24,729 nucleotides of DNA from Candidatus Desulfaltia sp. Lineage in GTDB: Archaea > Thermoproteota > Bathyarchaeia > TCS64. The stretch lies in assembly GCA_035529295.1 (NCBI GenBank), contig DATKWY010000170.1:1-24729 (forward strand), given 5' to 3'. Under the pieces are notes generated by a model, which saw nothing but the letters and a program-made list of their open reading frames with translations, was not told the origin of the DNA and did not search any database. Positions 23,190 through 24,729 of this stretch are shown here, piece by piece. Numbering within the stretch: the first letter of the stretch is position 1; each line of letters opens with the position of its first letter. Made by a program: the position numbers and the translations under genes.

Positions 23190-24729
23190 GTGACACCGGC
23201 GTTTACCTTGACCCTATTGCTCACCGCGGTCCTATTTTGCTCCTTCGTGTCCGCTGAGACGCTTCACTTCTATCCCGGCCCGGATACCAGTCCCGATGGA
23301 TTAACCCTCAACGACTTTTTTGTTGAAGTGATCGAAGACCCGGAGATAGGTGACATTTTTTTGATCAGCTTCATTCTCTCAAGCTCACCCGACAACCCGA
23401 GGATCACCTTCACGGAAAAAGGCCTGTTCATAGCCGCTATAGACCCTGAAGGAAACCGCAGAAATTTTGGGTTCAGCTATCCGGGCGAAACCATGAGCCC
23501 CGGCGGCAGTCTGATGTTTGGGGGAACCCTGACACCAGATCAGGCGGGTGAATGGAAGATCTGGCCCTCGTACGAGATACTATTCGCGGGCTCAGACTCG
23601 CTATCGAGCCTCACAAAGGAGGGCCCCGAGGAGTGGCACTCCTGTACCTTAACTGCATCTACCAGAGACTTGCCCGACCTAACCCCCACGTCACTGTCCG
23701 TGGACCCTGACGGGTATGCGGTCGGCGATGAAGTCAACCTAATGTTAACTGTTGAAAACATCGGTAGCGCAGACGCGAGTGAATGCTACGGAGTGTTATT
23801 CGTCGGTAGCAGCCTCGAAACCATGTTTCACATACCTGGGATCGATAAGGGTGCTAGCGTCCAGGTACCAATATCCTGGGTCCCGTTTCAGCAAGGTGTA
23901 TGGGATCTAATAGTGTTCGTGGATTACTGGATCTCGGTGACGGAGAGCAATGAGGATAACAACATAATCGAGGCGCGGACAGAGATAACGTCGGCTGACA
24001 CAACTATCCTTGAGATAGTGGCGAGGCCCACCGCGGTGGACGTCACCCATGACTCGGCCGTAATATTCTGGGAGACCAATAAAGCCAGTGACAGTAGAGT
24101 GGAGTACGGTACGGCCGCGAGAAAGTATTCCTCAGAAAAGACCGAGTCCACCCACACAATGGGTCATAGGGTCCAGTTAACTGACTTGAAGCCCTCAAGC
24201 ACCTATCATTTTATTGTAGTCTCCTTCGACGAAAACGGTAACAGGGTGTCCAGTAAGGACCTGACCTTCGAGACCCCACCCGTTCTGGATGAAGTTGGAC
24301 CCAGAGTGTCCATGGCTGAACCAGGCATACGTCAAGGAATCACAACGATACAGGCTGAAGCACAGGATGACGTGGGAATAGAAAGAGTAGAGTTCTATCT
24401 AAACGATGTACTAGTCTTCGCTGACTATTCCCCCCCCTACAGTTACACTGTTGATACCTCGGCGTATGAAAACGGGGTCCACCAGTTCACGACTACGGCG
24501 TATGATACTTCAGGGCAGTCCACGAGTCAAAGCAAGGATGTGGAGTTTCTCAACGTCAAGGATTCATCCATTCCGACGGTGGACATAACTTTCCCCAAAA
24601 AAGACGACAAGGTCTCGGGAAAGATACAGGTCACCGCAGCCCTGACCGACGACACGGGCCTGGGGCAAGTATATTTCAAGGTTGACGGCGGATTCGGGGC
24701 CTTCAAAGGCTATCCAACCCACCCTAAGA
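23190..24729 (+). CDS. Secreted or surface protein with CARDB-like, FN3-like and Ig-like (Big) domains; runs off the window
   Basis: My translation from GTG 23190 is open to the window end: hydrophobic signal LTLLLTAVLFCSFVSA; LPDLTP...LTVENIG...ESNEDNN; DSAVIFWETNKASDSRVEYG...LTDLKPSSTY; AQDDVGIERVEFY...AYDTSG. Start uncertain. Confidence 0.82.
   Translation, partial: MTPAFTLTLLLTAVLFCSFVSAETLHFYPGPDTSPDGLTLNDFFVEVIEDPEIGDIFLISFILSSSPDNPRITFTEKGLFIAAIDPEGNRRNFGFSYPGETMSPGGSLMFGGTLTPDQAGEWKIWPSYEILFAGSDSLSSLTKEGPEEWHSCTLTASTRDLPDLTPTSLSVDPDGYAVGDEVNLMLTVENIGSADASECYGVLFVGSSLETMFHIPGIDKGASVQVPISWVPFQQGVWDLIVFVDYWISVTESNEDNNIIEARTEITSADTTILEIVARPTAVDVTHDSAVIFWETNKASDSRVEYGTAARKYSSEKTESTHTMGHRVQLTDLKPSSTYHFIVVSFDENGNRVSSKDLTFETPPVLDEVGPRVSMAEPGIRQGITTIQAEAQDDVGIERVEFYLNDVLVFADYSPPYSYTVDTSAYENGVHQFTTTAYDTSGQSTSQSKDVEFLNVKDSSIPTVDITFPKKDDKVSGKIQVTAALTDDTGLGQVYFKVDGGFGAFKGYPTHPK

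Noticed and set aside
1-24729. tRNA, rRNA, transposase or integrase genes
   Set aside because: No cloverleaf or GTTCRA-type T-arm context, rRNA signature, or DDE/tyrosine-recombinase motif recognised by eye.

Overview
High-GC archaeal chromosomal DNA: gatD/gatE and NurA/HerA are archaeal hallmarks, and gene style suggests Bathyarchaeia (inference only). The housekeeping backbone is gatD (3' end), gatE, a Nudix hydrolase, pyrB, a SAM methyltransferase, DUF355, adk, gpmI, DUF1846 and pyrG. It is interrupted by visibly AT-richer accessory patches at about 7.86-9.51 kb, 10.5-11.7 kb and 19.9-24.7 kb. The most unusual block is 2.2-7.8 kb. Five tiny stand-alone winged-helix (wHTH) genes form one tight operon with an alternating A-B-A-B-A' subfamily pattern. 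They converge on a paralogous pair of two-domain wHTH proteins and diverge, from identical 9-bp TATA-like elements, from a nurA-herA pair with non-canonical motifs and no mre11/rad50 in the window. Two neighbouring insertions are each preceded by a duplicated 5' end of the gene that follows them (livH-like, 84/87 nt; pyrB, 71/85 nt). One insertion contains a dif-like site. (CG)n tracts recur at accessory-gene boundaries. I found no rRNA, tRNA, CRISPR array, integrase or transposase. All family assignments come from motif recognition by eye, not database searches.
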